DNA of 64,000 bases. It comes from Chryseobacterium gleum. GTDB lineage: Bacteria; Bacteroidota; Bacteroidia; Flavobacteriales_D; Crocinitomicaceae. The position numbers and the translations under genes are program-made. The stretch covers positions 22,001-86,000 of the forward strand of contig CAMDFX010000014.1 in NCBI GenBank assembly GCA_945897805.1. The letters run 5' to 3'. Positions 41,312-51,152 of the stretch are shown in pieces. The notes below the pieces were generated by a model. That model worked only from the letters and a program-made list of their open reading frames with translations. It did no database searches and was not told where the DNA came from. How positions within the stretch are numbered: position 1 is the stretch's first letter; each line of letters begins with the position of its first letter.

Positions 41312-42588
41312 TATTTATATTTATTATTCCAAAGTTTCTGGATGATTTCTGCGATTTCTTGCTCTTTTTTGCTACTTCCAGCCTTGAAAAAATTAGTTGT
41401 TTTTATCGCTTCTGGCAAAAAATCTTGTTGAACAAAATTTCCAGGAAAATCGTGCGAATACAGATATCCTTCTCCGTAACCCAATTCCTTCATCAATTTG
41501 GTTTGTGCGCTGCGAAGGGGCAAAGGCACGGGTAAATCTCCTGTTTCTTTCACGACTTCTTGCGCTTGATTGATTGCCATGTAAGCGGCGTTTCCTTTGG
41601 GCGAAATTGCCAAATAAATCGCACATTGGGACAAAATAATTCTCGATTCTGGCCAGCCGATTACATTAACCGCTTGGAAAGTATTATTCGCCATTACCAA
41701 TGCGGTAGGATTCGCCAAACCGATGTCCTCACTGGCTGAAATAACTAATCTTCGCGCAATAAATTTGGGATCTTCGCCACCTTCAATCATTCTTGCCAAC
41801 CAATAAACCGCGCCATTTGGATCGCTGCCACGAATTGATTTTATAAAAGCCGAAATAATGTCGTAATGTTGTTCGCCATCTTTGTCATACATCGCCAAAC
41901 TCTGTTGCGCTGAATTTGAAACCATTTCATCTGTGATGATAATTTCAGCTTTATTTTGATGAATACCAACGATTATTTCAAAAACATTCAATAATTTTCT
42001 TGCGTCTCCACCTGAAATTGCCAACAAAGCATTGGTTTCTTTCAAATTGATTTTATACTTTTTTAATTCAAAATCTTCAGCAATGGCTTGTTTGAGAAGC
42101 GCCAATAAATCTTCCTTGGAATGAGATTGCAGTGTATAAACTTGACACCTGGAAAGCAAGGCAGAAATAACTTCAAAAGATGGATTTTCAGTTGTGGCAC
42201 CGATTAAAGTGACAATTCCTTTTTCGACTGCACCTAAAAGTGAGTCTTGTTGTGCTTTTGAAAAACGGTGAATTTCGTCAATAAATAAAATCACGCCTTT
42301 TTGTTGAAACATTCCAGCGTTTTCAACGCGATTAATCACTTCTCGCACATCTTTCACACCTGATGAAATCGCAGAAAGCACATGAATTTCTCTCTTTAAT
42401 TCGGTTGCAATTAAAAACGCCAAAGTCGTTTTCCCAACTCCGGGCGGTCCCCACAAAATCATGGAAGGAACCATACCTGCATTCAAGGCACTGCGCAGCG
42501 AAGCTCCTTCTTTTAAAATTTGCTGCTGTCCAATATATTTGTCCAATGTTTTCGGACGCATTCTTTCAGCCAGTGGAGATTGTATCAT
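41311..42588 (-). CDS. rarA: Replication-associated recombination protein A (AAA+ ATPase RarA/MgsA)
   Basis: Walker A GPPGVGKTTLA, Walker [11 protein letters not shown] and the MgsA C-terminal region (YDIISAFIKSIRGSD..A..YWLARM). Its stop overlaps the downstream start by 1 nt (TAATG). Confidence 0.92.
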   Translation of the reverse strand: MIQSPLAERMRPKTLDKYIGQQQILKEGASLRSALNAGMVPSMILWGPPGVGKTTLAFLIATELKREIHVLSAISSGVKDVREVINRVENAGMFQQKGVILFIDEIHRFSKAQQDSLLGAVEKGIVTLIGATTENPSFEVISALLSRCQVYTLQSHSKEDLLALLKQAIAEDFELKKYKINLKETNALLAISGGDARKLLNVFEIIVGIHQNKAEIIITDEMVSNSAQQSLAMYDKDGEQHYDIISAFIKSIRGSDPNGAVYWLARMIEGGEDPKFIARRLVISASEDIGLANPTALVMANNTFQAVNVIGWPESRIILSQCAIYLAISPKGNAAYMAINQAQEVVKETGDLPVPLPLRSAQTKLMKELGYGEGYLYSHDFPGNFVQQDFLPEAIKTTNFFKAGSSKKEQEIAEIIQKLWNNKYK

Positions 42589-42596
42589 CGTTGAAA

Positions 42597-43982
42597 TTAA
42601 AATTCGTAAGCGCCTATATCTGGATTTGACATATTTCTAACGACGCCATCAATGTCAAACTGCAAAGAGAATAGGGGATTGGCCAAACCATTAATTGCAG
42701 AACTCGCCACTGGTTTGAAATTTCCATCACCAACATTCGTAAAATAAGGATCTGTATTCCAAACTATTTGGTCTTGATAGATGGAATTTGTCGAAGGCGT
42801 TTCCAATTTAATTAAACAGCGTTTAAATGCGATATTTAATAAAGTTGGATCGTTATTGGGATTCACAGTATCAAAAGCAATTTCACTAGTTTGTGAACCA
42901 TATATGATTGAATTTTTAATTTCGCCCACTCCAATTCCGCTTGCTATACCGTCATAATAATTTCTGATTCCAATCGCTGGTGTTTGTCCCGAACTCCCGT
43001 AGCCCAACAAATCAGAATGATTGATGTCGTAAGAACCACCTCTTAAGAGAAAAAGCGCATGAATTCCGTTTTTCGAAACCACACAATTTTCCATTTTTAA
43101 TTTCGGACTGTCATACAGAAAAACACCATAACTCGCATTGTTGGAAATTTTTGTATTGGTAACAGTCACATTAAATTGATTCGGTAAATTGGCGTCATTG
43201 TTTGCGGTTAAATGCAATCCAGCTGTACCATTTTTAATAATTGCATAATTAATTGTTGATGGCAAAGATTTATAAAAGTAAATTCCATACCACTGACCAG
43301 CAATGTCTTTGTAAAATTCTTCTAATCGGTCGCCTTGAAAAACAACTTCGTGGTCTTTGGTTCCATTCACGTTCAAAGTTCCTTTGTAAACAAAGAAAAT
43401 ACTATTTTTATGTAAATAAATTTTCGTGTCGGATTGAATATTCAAAGTTTCGGCTGAATCGACATAGGCACGGTCATAGATCACATGCGGTTTGTCATTG
43501 GCCCATGTACCAAAATTAAAATCTTGGTAATGGAAATAAGCATCTTGTCCCCAAACAGTAAGGCGCACATATTGGTCTTTTCCATTGGTTCTAAATCTGA
43601 TAGAATCCTCAATTACCAGCGGAGAATTTTGCCCGTTTACACTCAAGGTCACTTCAACAAATGCGAATAAGCTGTCTTTGGCTAGTATTTCGACGTTGGA
43701 GTGTTTATCTCCAGAAATGCCATCAACATTGATTCTAAAGGGAGAATTTTCACCACCAACTAACTCAATTTCTTCAATAATTACCGATTTATTTTCTCTG
43801 TTGTAAATCTTAAATTGCTGCGTTGTTGATCCTACAGTTGTGAAAACAGTATCGAAAACAAGCGTATCGACAGAAAATTCAAGGTTTCCTTTTGAAAAGC
43901 CTGTTTGCTTTTTGCAGCTAGTAAATCCATGAAGAAGAACGAGGACTGTAAAGAAAAAAATAAATTGAATAAAACTTTTCAC
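42597..43982 (-). CDS. Lipoprotein with right-handed parallel beta-helix repeats
   Basis: Lipobox GFTSC. Repeated N..G-type beta-helix segments (ISNNASYGVFLYDS, VSKNGIHALFLLRGG, IKNSIIYGS). Confidence 0.5.
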   Translation of the reverse strand: MKSFIQFIFFFTVLVLLHGFTSCKKQTGFSKGNLEFSVDTLVFDTVFTTVGSTTQQFKIYNRENKSVIIEEIELVGGENSPFRINVDGISGDKHSNVEILAKDSLFAFVEVTLSVNGQNSPLVIEDSIRFRTNGKDQYVRLTVWGQDAYFHYQDFNFGTWANDKPHVIYDRAYVDSAETLNIQSDTKIYLHKNSIFFVYKGTLNVNGTKDHEVVFQGDRLEEFYKDIAGQWYGIYFYKSLPSTINYAIIKNGTAGLHLTANNDANLPNQFNVTVTNTKISNNASYGVFLYDSPKLKMENCVVSKNGIHALFLLRGGSYDINHSDLLGYGSSGQTPAIGIRNYYDGIASGIGVGEIKNSIIYGSQTSEIAFDTVNPNNDPTLLNIAFKRCLIKLETPSTNSIYQDQIVWNTDPYFTNVGDGNFKPVASSAINGLANPLFSLQFDIDGVVRNMSNPDIGAYEF

Positions 43983-44123
43983 ATTATTAGTTTTGGTTCT
44001 GTATGAAACGATACAAAGAACGGTTTTATTTCAGAATAAGACAAGAAACTGAATGAAAACTGTGTACTTTTCAAAAAACAAGTAAAAAACTTAAAATATT
44101 ATGCATACTTTTATGAAAAATCA

Positions 44124-44153
44124 TTGCAGATAAAAAAACTTTCATTAAATTTG
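44124..44153 (+). promoter_or_regulatory. Canonical Bacteroidetes promoter TTG-N19-TAAATTTG upstream of rpmE
   Basis: TTG at 44124-44126, a 19-nt spacer, then TAAATTTG at 44146-44153, about 45 nt upstream of the ATG. Confidence 0.6.
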
Positions 44154-44196
44154 CACTCTGAATTTCGAGATAAAATAGATTCTAATACATAAAAAA

Positions 44197-44451
44197 ATGA
44201 GAAAAGACATACATCCAGAAGATTACAGATTTGTAGTTTTTAAAGACATGACAAACGACTATGCATTCCTTTGTCGTTCTTCTGCTGCATCAACTGACAC
44301 TGTAACTTGGGAAGATGGAAATGAGTATCCATTAGTTAAATTGGATATTTCTCACAAATCTCACCCGTTCTTTACTGGGATTGTTAAGTTTGTTGATACT
44401 GCGGGTAGAATTGATAAATTCAACACGCGTTACGGTCGTCACAAGAAATAG
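44197..44451 (+). CDS. rpmE: 50S ribosomal protein L31, type B (no CxxC zinc ribbon)
   Basis: MRKDIHPE..., 84 aa, lacking the paired CxxC motifs of type A. Confidence 0.9.
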   Translation: MRKDIHPEDYRFVVFKDMTNDYAFLCRSSAASTDTVTWEDGNEYPLVKLDISHKSHPFFTGIVKFVDTAGRIDKFNTRYGRHKK

Positions 44452-44470
44452 TCAATCGTTTGAATTTTTT

Positions 44471-44499
44471 AAAAGCTCTCTTTTTTGGGGGCTTTTTTT
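44471..44499 (+). terminator. Rho-independent terminator of rpmE
   Basis: AAAAGCTCTC-tttttt-GGGGGCTTTT followed by T residues. It lies inside the TTG-started extension of the next ORF, which argues against that extension. Confidence 0.7.
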
Positions 44500-44574
44500 A
44501 TGTTTTGTTGGTTTATAAATCTTAATATTGTTGTAAATATTATATTTTGCATGTTTATTGGAAAAGCAAATTCA

Positions 44575-46689
44575 ATGATTAAGTCACGATTTTATTTATT
44601 GGTATTTATTTTATTTCCTGTTTTTTCAGTTTGTGCTGGAAATATAGAGAAAGGATTTGCTTGTTTAAAAGTTTACAATTACTTCGAAGCTAAGCAGCTG
44701 TTTGAGAAATCTGTAAAAAAGCAACCTGCTGCATCTCAATATGGTTTGGCAATTATTTATGGTAGAAACGACAATCCTTTTCACAATTTAGACTCGGCAT
44801 TTATTTTGATTCAAAGGGCTGAAAAATTGTTTCCATTGGTAAGTGAGAAAGAAAAGGTAAAACTGAAACTAATTGAAGTGGATTACGACCATATTTTATT
44901 GCTTCGTCAAAATATTTCTTCTCAGTTTTTTAAAATCGTGCAATCAAAACCATCTGAAATTGCTTTTCAAACATTTTTAGATCAACATCCGTGGGCGATT
45001 GAAAGTAAAGTAGCTATTCAGTGCAGAGATTCTTTGGCTTATTCAATTGCTGTGCAAAACAATACGAGTTCTGATTTGCAATTTTTCCTAAATAAATATC
45101 CAAATTCAGTATATTCCAATGATGCGAAAAATGCTTTTGACTTGCGATTATATCAAGAAAAAACAAGTAAAGGTACTTTGAGCGAATTAGAACTTTTCTT
45201 AATTGATTTTGCAAGTAATCCATATAAAGGCGATGCTGAGGATAGAATTTATGCTTTGTCAATCGAAAAGCAAACATTAGAAAACTATGAAGCTTTTTTA
45301 CGCAAATTTCCTTCGAATAGAAATGTGGAAGACGCATGGAGAAAATTATATCAGCTTTATATGTATGATTATTCAGAGAAAAGAATCACTCAATTTTTGC
45401 AAGAATATCCTGATTATCCTTTCAAATCAGAAGTTGAATTGGATAGATCACTTTCTTTGCAACAATTGTTTCCCTATAAAACAGGAACGCTATTTGGCTG
45501 GATGAATGAACGAGGAGAAATTGTTTTTTCTGCTGAATATGAATCACTCGGACTGTTTAGTGAAGGACTTGCATTGGCTGCAAAAGACGGGAAATATGGT
45601 TATGTAGATAAATCAAACCAAATCGTTATTCCATTTAAATTTGATTCCGGAACAGACTTTGAATCGGGGAGAGCGATTGTGGAAAGTAAAGGGAAATTTG
45701 GAATTATTGATAGATCGGGAAAATTCTTATTTGATATCGTTTTCAGCGATTTGGGTCAATTTTCAGAAGGATTAATTTATGGCTCAAAAGACTCATTGTA
45801 TGCTTATTACGATAAATATGGAATGAAAAGATTGGACCAATATTTTGAGGAAGCGTTTTCTTTTGTAAACGGAATGGCTAAAATCAAACTCAAAGGAAAA
45901 GAAGCTTTTGTCAATCCTTATGGTGAATATATTGTGCAACCAACATACGATGAAATCAATTTTTTTACTGATTCACTGCTTATTTTTCAAGAAAATGACA
46001 AATATGGAATCACAAATCTTAAAAATGAAATTATTCTTCCAGCAATTTACGAGCAAATTGGAAATTTAGTCCACGGAAGAGCAATCATTGTTAAAAACAA
46101 TAAAATTGGATACATCAATCAAGATGGAATAAGTATTCTACAGCCATCTTTTGAAATTTTTCCGAATTATATGGAAAATGCTCAATTTTCAGGAAATTAT
46201 GCCAAAGCTAAATTAAAAGACAAATATGGCATCATTGATGGTTCTGGAAAATGGATTATTCCTGCAACCTATAGTAACTTAGGAAATGTATCAACCATGA
46301 TTTCTTTTCAAAAAGGAAAAAAATGGGGATTTATTGACTTGACTAACAAAATAGTTCTGAAACCGATTTTTGATGAAGCAACTTCTATTTTGGAAGGAAC
46401 ATCTTTTGTTTTGGTCAATGGGAAGCAGGGATTAATAAACGCCAAAGGTGAATTTATTATTGCTGCTGAATATGATGAAATTAAGCAATTTGAACAAGAT
46501 TACTTTTTGGTTTCAATAAATGAAAAATGGGGATTGATTTCATCCAACGGAAATGTTATTGTTACGCCAAATTATGATTACATCAAACTGATTGACAATG
46601 GTTTAATGGTGATGTCAAACCTCAGTGAAGTGCATTATTACTTTACAAAAACCCAACAAATTGTTGTTCCGCAAGTAAAAAGACCATAG
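44575..46689 (+). CDS. WG-repeat (KWG) protein with an N-terminal TPR-like helical region
   Basis: Signal peptide from the internal ATG (MIKSRFYLLVFILFPVFSVCAG). Many repeats have the form KYGYVDK.G..VIP..YD / KWGFID. Confidence 0.8.
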   Translation: MIKSRFYLLVFILFPVFSVCAGNIEKGFACLKVYNYFEAKQLFEKSVKKQPAASQYGLAIIYGRNDNPFHNLDSAFILIQRAEKLFPLVSEKEKVKLKLIEVDYDHILLLRQNISSQFFKIVQSKPSEIAFQTFLDQHPWAIESKVAIQCRDSLAYSIAVQNNTSSDLQFFLNKYPNSVYSNDAKNAFDLRLYQEKTSKGTLSELELFLIDFASNPYKGDAEDRIYALSIEKQTLENYEAFLRKFPSNRNVEDAWRKLYQLYMYDYSEKRITQFLQEYPDYPFKSEVELDRSLSLQQLFPYKTGTLFGWMNERGEIVFSAEYESLGLFSEGLALAAKDGKYGYVDKSNQIVIPFKFDSGTDFESGRAIVESKGKFGIIDRSGKFLFDIVFSDLGQFSEGLIYGSKDSLYAYYDKYGMKRLDQYFEEAFSFVNGMAKIKLKGKEAFVNPYGEYIVQPTYDEINFFTDSLLIFQENDKYGITNLKNEIILPAIYEQIGNLVHGRAIIVKNNKIGYINQDGISILQPSFEIFPNYMENAQFSGNYAKAKLKDKYGIIDGSGKWIIPATYSNLGNVSTMISFQKGKKWGFIDLTNKIVLKPIFDEATSILEGTSFVLVNGKQGLINAKGEFIIAAEYDEIKQFEQDYFLVSINEKWGLISSNGNVIVTPNYDYIKLIDNGLMVMSNLSEVHYYFTKTQQIVVPQVKRP

Positions 46690-46691
46690 AA

Positions 46692-47591
46692 ATGAAAATA
46701 CGCGACATTATCAGATCTTTGGCACCGACTTTTTTGTTAAATACCTACAGAAAAAAGCAAAAAGAAAAACAGCGACAATTTTTACAAAATCAAAAGTTGA
46801 ACGGTGAAATTTGGACAAAAGATGATTTAATTGCTCAATTGCAAACAATTGGAATTGAAAAAGGAGATGTTTTGCTCGTTCATTCAAGTTTGTCAAAAAT
46901 TGGGTTCATCGAAAATGGCCCCAAAGATTTTGTAGAAGCATTATTGGAATCTGTTGGTTCAGAGGGGCATGTTTTGATGCCAAATTCGCCAAATGCGTCT
47001 TTTCAATTGGATTATATTCAACAGCTTTCTTTATTTGATGTACAAAATGATGTTTCCAAATTAGGTGCAATTACTGAGTATTTTAGAAAATTGCCCAATG
47101 CAATAAGAAGTGAACACCCAACAGAACCCGTTTCTTGTGTTGGTCCGAACGCAGCGTTTTTTGTCGGAAATCATTTTGGAAATATTACACCGTACAACGA
47201 AAACAGTCCTTTCTTCAAGGTTTCCCAAATGAATGGGAAGATACTTTATGTTGGAGTTACGCTTGATAATGCAGGAACCAATTTACATACTTTGGAGGAT
47301 GCAATTGAAGACTTTAAATTTCCGGTTTACCATGAAGAAAATTTTGATGTAAAAATCAAGTGTATAGACGGAATAATCAAATCAATGCAAACCAAAGTAC
47401 ACAATCCTGTTTGGTCGAAAAAGAGACAATGCGATGGACTTTTACCTCTTTTTGAATCGCATAATGTCGCACAAAAAGTGAATATTGGAAATGCAGAAAC
47501 TTGGTTGTTTGATGCAAAAAAGATGCTAAATGTTATGATTGATGAATATCAAAAAAATGGTGTAACTATGTATACGCCAAAAGGTAGCTAA
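46692..47591 (+). CDS. AAC(3)-family aminoglycoside N-acetyltransferase-like protein
   Basis: GDVLLVHSSLSKIG...G....VEALLESVG.EG.VLMP and later LGAITEYFR are typical of AAC(3)/YokD-like enzymes. It starts 2 nt after the WG-repeat gene. Confidence 0.7.
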   Translation: MKIRDIIRSLAPTFLLNTYRKKQKEKQRQFLQNQKLNGEIWTKDDLIAQLQTIGIEKGDVLLVHSSLSKIGFIENGPKDFVEALLESVGSEGHVLMPNSPNASFQLDYIQQLSLFDVQNDVSKLGAITEYFRKLPNAIRSEHPTEPVSCVGPNAAFFVGNHFGNITPYNENSPFFKVSQMNGKILYVGVTLDNAGTNLHTLEDAIEDFKFPVYHEENFDVKIKCIDGIIKSMQTKVHNPVWSKKRQCDGLLPLFESHNVAQKVNIGNAETWLFDAKKMLNVMIDEYQKNGVTMYTPKGS

Positions 47592-47611
47592 AATTTTAAA
47601 TGCTTAAACGC

Positions 47612-47655
47612 AAAAAAGTGCCAATCCAAATAAGACTGACACTTTTCTGTTTTTG
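47612..47655. terminator. Bidirectional terminator between convergent genes
   Basis: AAAAGTGCCA...TGACACTTTT hairpin with an A-run on one side and a T-run on the other. Confidence 0.6.
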
Positions 47656-47667
47656 AATAAAGGACTC

Positions 47668-48324
47668 TTAATTATTGCCTTTGGCGTGATCAGCTAAAAA
47701 TTGCTTTAAACCTGAATCTGTCAAAGGATGTTTGGCGAGTGCCAGGATCGCACTCAATGGGCCGGTCATTACATCGGCACCAATTTCTGCACAGTTGATA
47801 ATGTGCATTGGATGTCTCACAGAAGCTGCAAGTATTTCAGTATCAAATACGTAATTATCGTAAATTAGACGAATTTGTGCTACTAAATCTAAACCATTTA
47901 CAGAAATATCATCTAATCGACCAATGAAAGGCGAGATGTAAGTTGCACCTGCTTTGGCTGCAAGTAAAGCTTGACCAGCAGAGAAAATCAACGTACAATT
48001 AGTTCTAATTCCTTTATTTGAAAAATATTTTATTGCTTTAATTCCTTCAGGAATCATAGGAATTTTCACAACAATATTTTTGTGTAATGCAGCCAAAATT
48101 TCACCTTCTTTGATCATTCCATCAAAATCAGTTGCTATAACTTCAGCACTCACATCTCCATCAACTAGTTCGCAAATAGCTTTATAGTGATTCAAAATAT
48201 TTTCTTGACCAGTAATTCCTTCTTTGGCCATTAAAGAAGGATTGGTTGTTACACCATCAAGAACTCCAAGATCATGGGCTTCTTTGATCTCTTGTAAATT
48301 AGCGGTATCAATGAAAAATTTCAT
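47668..48324 (-). CDS. fsa: Fructose-6-phosphate aldolase / transaldolase family (subfamily 3B)
   Basis: [11 protein letters not shown]......G...GVTTNPSL and the Schiff-base lysine context VVKIP. Confidence 0.9.
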   Translation of the reverse strand: MKFFIDTANLQEIKEAHDLGVLDGVTTNPSLMAKEGITGQENILNHYKAICELVDGDVSAEVIATDFDGMIKEGEILAALHKNIVVKIPMIPEGIKAIKYFSNKGIRTNCTLIFSAGQALLAAKAGATYISPFIGRLDDISVNGLDLVAQIRLIYDNYVFDTEILAASVRHPMHIINCAEIGADVMTGPLSAILALAKHPLTDSGLKQFLADHAKGNN

Positions 48325-48449
48325 AATTAAGTATTTTAAGTGAAATTTACGTATTCATTTGCAATGAATAAATCATTCGGCTTCAAAATTTAAAGAAATT
48401 GATTTTGAAGATTTCATTGTAAAACTTTCTTTGCAATTTACTTCAAAAA

Positions 48450-48554
48450 AAGTGGGGTAAGCTACTCACATCGCACCGCTCAACTTCTTACCTTTGCTGC
48501 ATTCCTGCCCTGGAGGAGTTAGAAGGAGCTGGTCGTACAAGACTTACCCCAGCG
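48450..48554 (-). ncRNA. ffs: Signal recognition particle RNA (small, 4.5S-type)
   Basis: On the minus strand the closing helix pairs 5' GGGGTAAG with CTTACCCC 3'. The domain IV signature is CCAGG-GCA-GGAA-TGC-AGCA-AAGG (GGAA tetraloop flanked by the AGG/AGCA symmetric loop). A T-run follows the 3' end and a canonical promoter sits just upstream. Confidence 0.8.
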
Positions 48555-48586
48555 CAAAAGTACTCATTTTTTTGTGTTTTGCAAAG
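48555..48586 (-). promoter_or_regulatory. Canonical Bacteroidetes promoter TTTG-N19-TACTTTTG driving the SRP RNA
   Basis: On the minus strand the -33 TTTG (48582-48585) is followed by a 19-nt spacer and TACTTTTG (48555-48562). The GGGG of the SRP closing helix starts 4 nt downstream. Confidence 0.65.
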
Positions 48587-48667
48587 ATTATTGTCAAATT
48601 GAATCTTTGAGTCAATAATTTTTAATGAAATTGAATATAATTGAATGGGCGAAATGAATATTTACTT

Positions 48668-49246
48668 TTAGAAAATTTTGGCAACTACAATTTGATGGGT
48701 TAAAAAGTGTGTTTCAAGGGCATCTAATCCATTCATGACACCTCGAAAGTATTTGTTTTTCTTAAATTTTGGGATGAAATTGTTCTCTATAATTTCCTTC
48801 GTTTGATTATCAGACAAAATTGTTTCAATTGCTAAACCATTGTAGATTCTGATTTTCCTGAATTGTTCTGAAACTCCAATTAAAACTCCGTTGTTTAGAT
48901 TTTCGGCACCAACACCCCATAGGTTGGCTAAATTTAGCACATACCCATCAAAATTTTCAACATTACAATGAGTGGAATCTAGTGAAACAACCGCAATTTC
49001 ATTTCCTGTTGAATTTTTAATTGCTCGAATTCTATTTGTAATTCTTTTTATTTCTTTGGCAGTAAAAATTTGCTCAAAATCTGTTACTGCTCCTTTGCTA
49101 CTTGGAATATAAATATCTCTACAAAAAAATATATTTTCAAAGGAGTAATTAATATTAGTGATTGGTGAAATGTTTCCTAGTAGGTTTTGAAAACCAAAAA
49201 GTGGCATAAATAGTATTATAATAAGCAGTCTTAATTTTCTGAACAT
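48668..49246 (-). CDS. TPM-domain (TLP18.3/Psb32/MOLO-1-like) protein
   Basis: After the signal/TM region: VTDFEQIFTAKEIKRITNRIRAIKNSTGNEIAVVSL, typical of the TPM domain N-terminus. I prefer the start at the internal ATG (MFRKLRLL). Confidence 0.55.
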   Translation of the reverse strand: MFRKLRLLIIILFMPLFGFQNLLGNISPITNINYSFENIFFCRDIYIPSSKGAVTDFEQIFTAKEIKRITNRIRAIKNSTGNEIAVVSLDSTHCNVENFDGYVLNLANLWGVGAENLNNGVLIGVSEQFRKIRIYNGLAIETILSDNQTKEIIENNFIPKFKKNKYFRGVMNGLDALETHFLTHQIVVAKIF

Positions 49247-49319
49247 AACTTTTAAATGAATGATAAGTAAATTGATTTTTGAAAGGTAATTAGATTTCAC
49301 TTAAATAAACTTAAACCAT

Positions 49320-49838
49320 TTAAATATTTTGAATTTGTTTTAAAACTTTCTTTCCGGCAGAGGAAAATGCTGGTGTTTCTTTTTGCATTCCCGCTTCGAT
49401 TGTGCTTTTAAACTCAGTTTTCAATTCTGAATATTTTTTTAAAAATGGCACAATTTGATACATTGAATAAACTTTCAAAGCGACTTTTGTTTCGGAATTG
49501 GACAAAAATGAAAAATAAATATCTAATAATTCACCCTCACGGTAATCAATTTTTGGAAGTTTGGTTAAAACATTGCATAAATTCCTTTGCGCAGAAGGTT
49601 CTTGACAGGCCAAAAAAGTATCAATTATTTCAAAATGATATTGTAAAACTAATTCTAAGTGATTTTCTGCAACATGAGATAGTAGCCAAGAACTATATTG
49701 AGGGTAGGGGTATTTTAAAGTCAAACAATAGCGCAACAAATCTTCAATAAATGATTTATTTTGAGCAATTAAATTGGCTGAATATTTATAATTGCGCTGT
49801 GATTTGAAGTCTAAAAGAATTTCTTCAATTGTTTGCAT
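49320..49838 (-). CDS. Hypothetical helical protein
   Basis: 172-aa ORF, predicted all-alpha (HEAT-like by eye), with no diagnostic motif. Confidence 0.4.
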   Translation of the reverse strand: MQTIEEILLDFKSQRNYKYSANLIAQNKSFIEDLLRYCLTLKYPYPQYSSWLLSHVAENHLELVLQYHFEIIDTFLACQEPSAQRNLCNVLTKLPKIDYREGELLDIYFSFLSNSETKVALKVYSMYQIVPFLKKYSELKTEFKSTIEAGMQKETPAFSSAGKKVLKQIQNI

Positions 49839-49901
49839 AAAAAAAAGTAAAAAAAAACGTCCAATCTCAAAAGAATGGACGTTTTAATAATGTGTTAAAT
49901 T

Positions 49902-51113
49902 CTACAATTGATCCGCACGTTTTTTATACTCAGCAGATTTTTCTGGATTCTTCAAACTTCTATAAATTTGAGCCAAAATAATCAAAACTTGCTTGTCATT
50001 TGGATTTTTAGCAATGTATGCTTCCAACGGAACAACCGCTTTTTTGTATAATTCGTCTGCTTTCGCCAACATTTTTTCATAATTCGGATCACCTTGTTTT
50101 AATTGACTTGCTTCTTGTTTCATGCTAATCGCACTGCCTGAAAGCAAAGCGCCTAATTGATATTGCGCGTCCGTGTAATTTGGATCAATTTCAATCGCTT
50201 TGTTTAAAGCTACTTCAGCTTTTTCATCTTGTTTCAATTCGATGTAAATTGTTCCGATGGTTAAATACAGTTGTTTGTTGTTTGGATCTGCAGCAATGGC
50301 ATCTGCCAAGCTTTTTTCAGCAGCCGCATTATCGCCCGCTTCGATGTCAGAATTAACTAATTCAAGCAAAATATCTTTATCGTTTGGATATTTAGAACGA
50401 CCAACCATCAAAATTTCTCTTGATTCTGCTTTTTTGCCATCTTTTCTTAAAGCATTTCCTGCCACCGCATAAATTGATGGAGCTTTGTATTGAATTTCCG
50501 CTGATTTTTTATATCGTGCTGCAGCAGTTGCGTAATCTCCTGTTTTTTCAGCACATAAACCAGCGTTAAAAATAGACGATGAATCGATTTCGCCCACTAC
50601 ATCTGAAAGTCTCACTTGCAAGTCGTATACTTCTCCAGCTTCTTTGAATTTACCAGCTTTATATAGTTGATCACAACCCAGTGAAAAAAGGCCTTTCTTC
50701 ATGTTTATTGAAGACAAAACTTCTTCTTTGTATTTCTTGCTAGGAAAAGCTTTTTTATAACTTTCGATTCCTTGATTTAGAAGAGCTTCACCGTTTTCTT
50801 TCATATAAGAACTATCATCGGCACTCACCAACAAAAGTCCAGTATAAATTTCGCCTTTGTAAAAAAGCGTTTTGGGACTTTCAATTGTTTCAGGATGAAC
50901 AGCAGCTAGATCAATGTATTCTTTGGCTTTTAACAGTGCTTTTTTACCGCCTTCCAAGTTGTTTTCACCTGTCATCATCATTCTAGCCCAAATGTCAGCA
51001 CACTTGTTGTATTCTAATGCAGCAGAAGTTTCATTCATTTTTTGGGAAAATGAATTGAATGTCAATAAAATACTTCCTGCAAAAAATGAAATTTTGAATA
51101 GTTTATTTTTCAT
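49902..51113 (-). CDS. Tetratricopeptide-repeat protein (secreted/periplasmic)
   Basis: Signal peptide from the internal ATG (MKNKLFKISFFAGSILL). Multiple TPR units (A..Y..A...DPN...A...LG..Y) are present. Confidence 0.75.
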   Translation of the reverse strand: MKNKLFKISFFAGSILLTFNSFSQKMNETSAALEYNKCADIWARMMMTGENNLEGGKKALLKAKEYIDLAAVHPETIESPKTLFYKGEIYTGLLLVSADDSSYMKENGEALLNQGIESYKKAFPSKKYKEEVLSSINMKKGLFSLGCDQLYKAGKFKEAGEVYDLQVRLSDVVGEIDSSSIFNAGLCAEKTGDYATAAARYKKSAEIQYKAPSIYAVAGNALRKDGKKAESREILMVGRSKYPNDKDILLELVNSDIEAGDNAAAEKSLADAIAADPNNKQLYLTIGTIYIELKQDEKAEVALNKAIEIDPNYTDAQYQLGALLSGSAISMKQEASQLKQGDPNYEKMLAKADELYKKAVVPLEAYIAKNPNDKQVLIILAQIYRSLKNPEKSAEYKKRADQL

Positions 51114-51152
51114 CGTTCTAAGTTTATTTTTAATAAGATGCTTAAAAAGCAA

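Noticed and set aside
44485-44574. TTG-started 30-codon extension of the WG-repeat ORF
   Set aside because: It overlaps the rpmE terminator hairpin. The internal ATG at 44575 is followed by a proper signal peptide.
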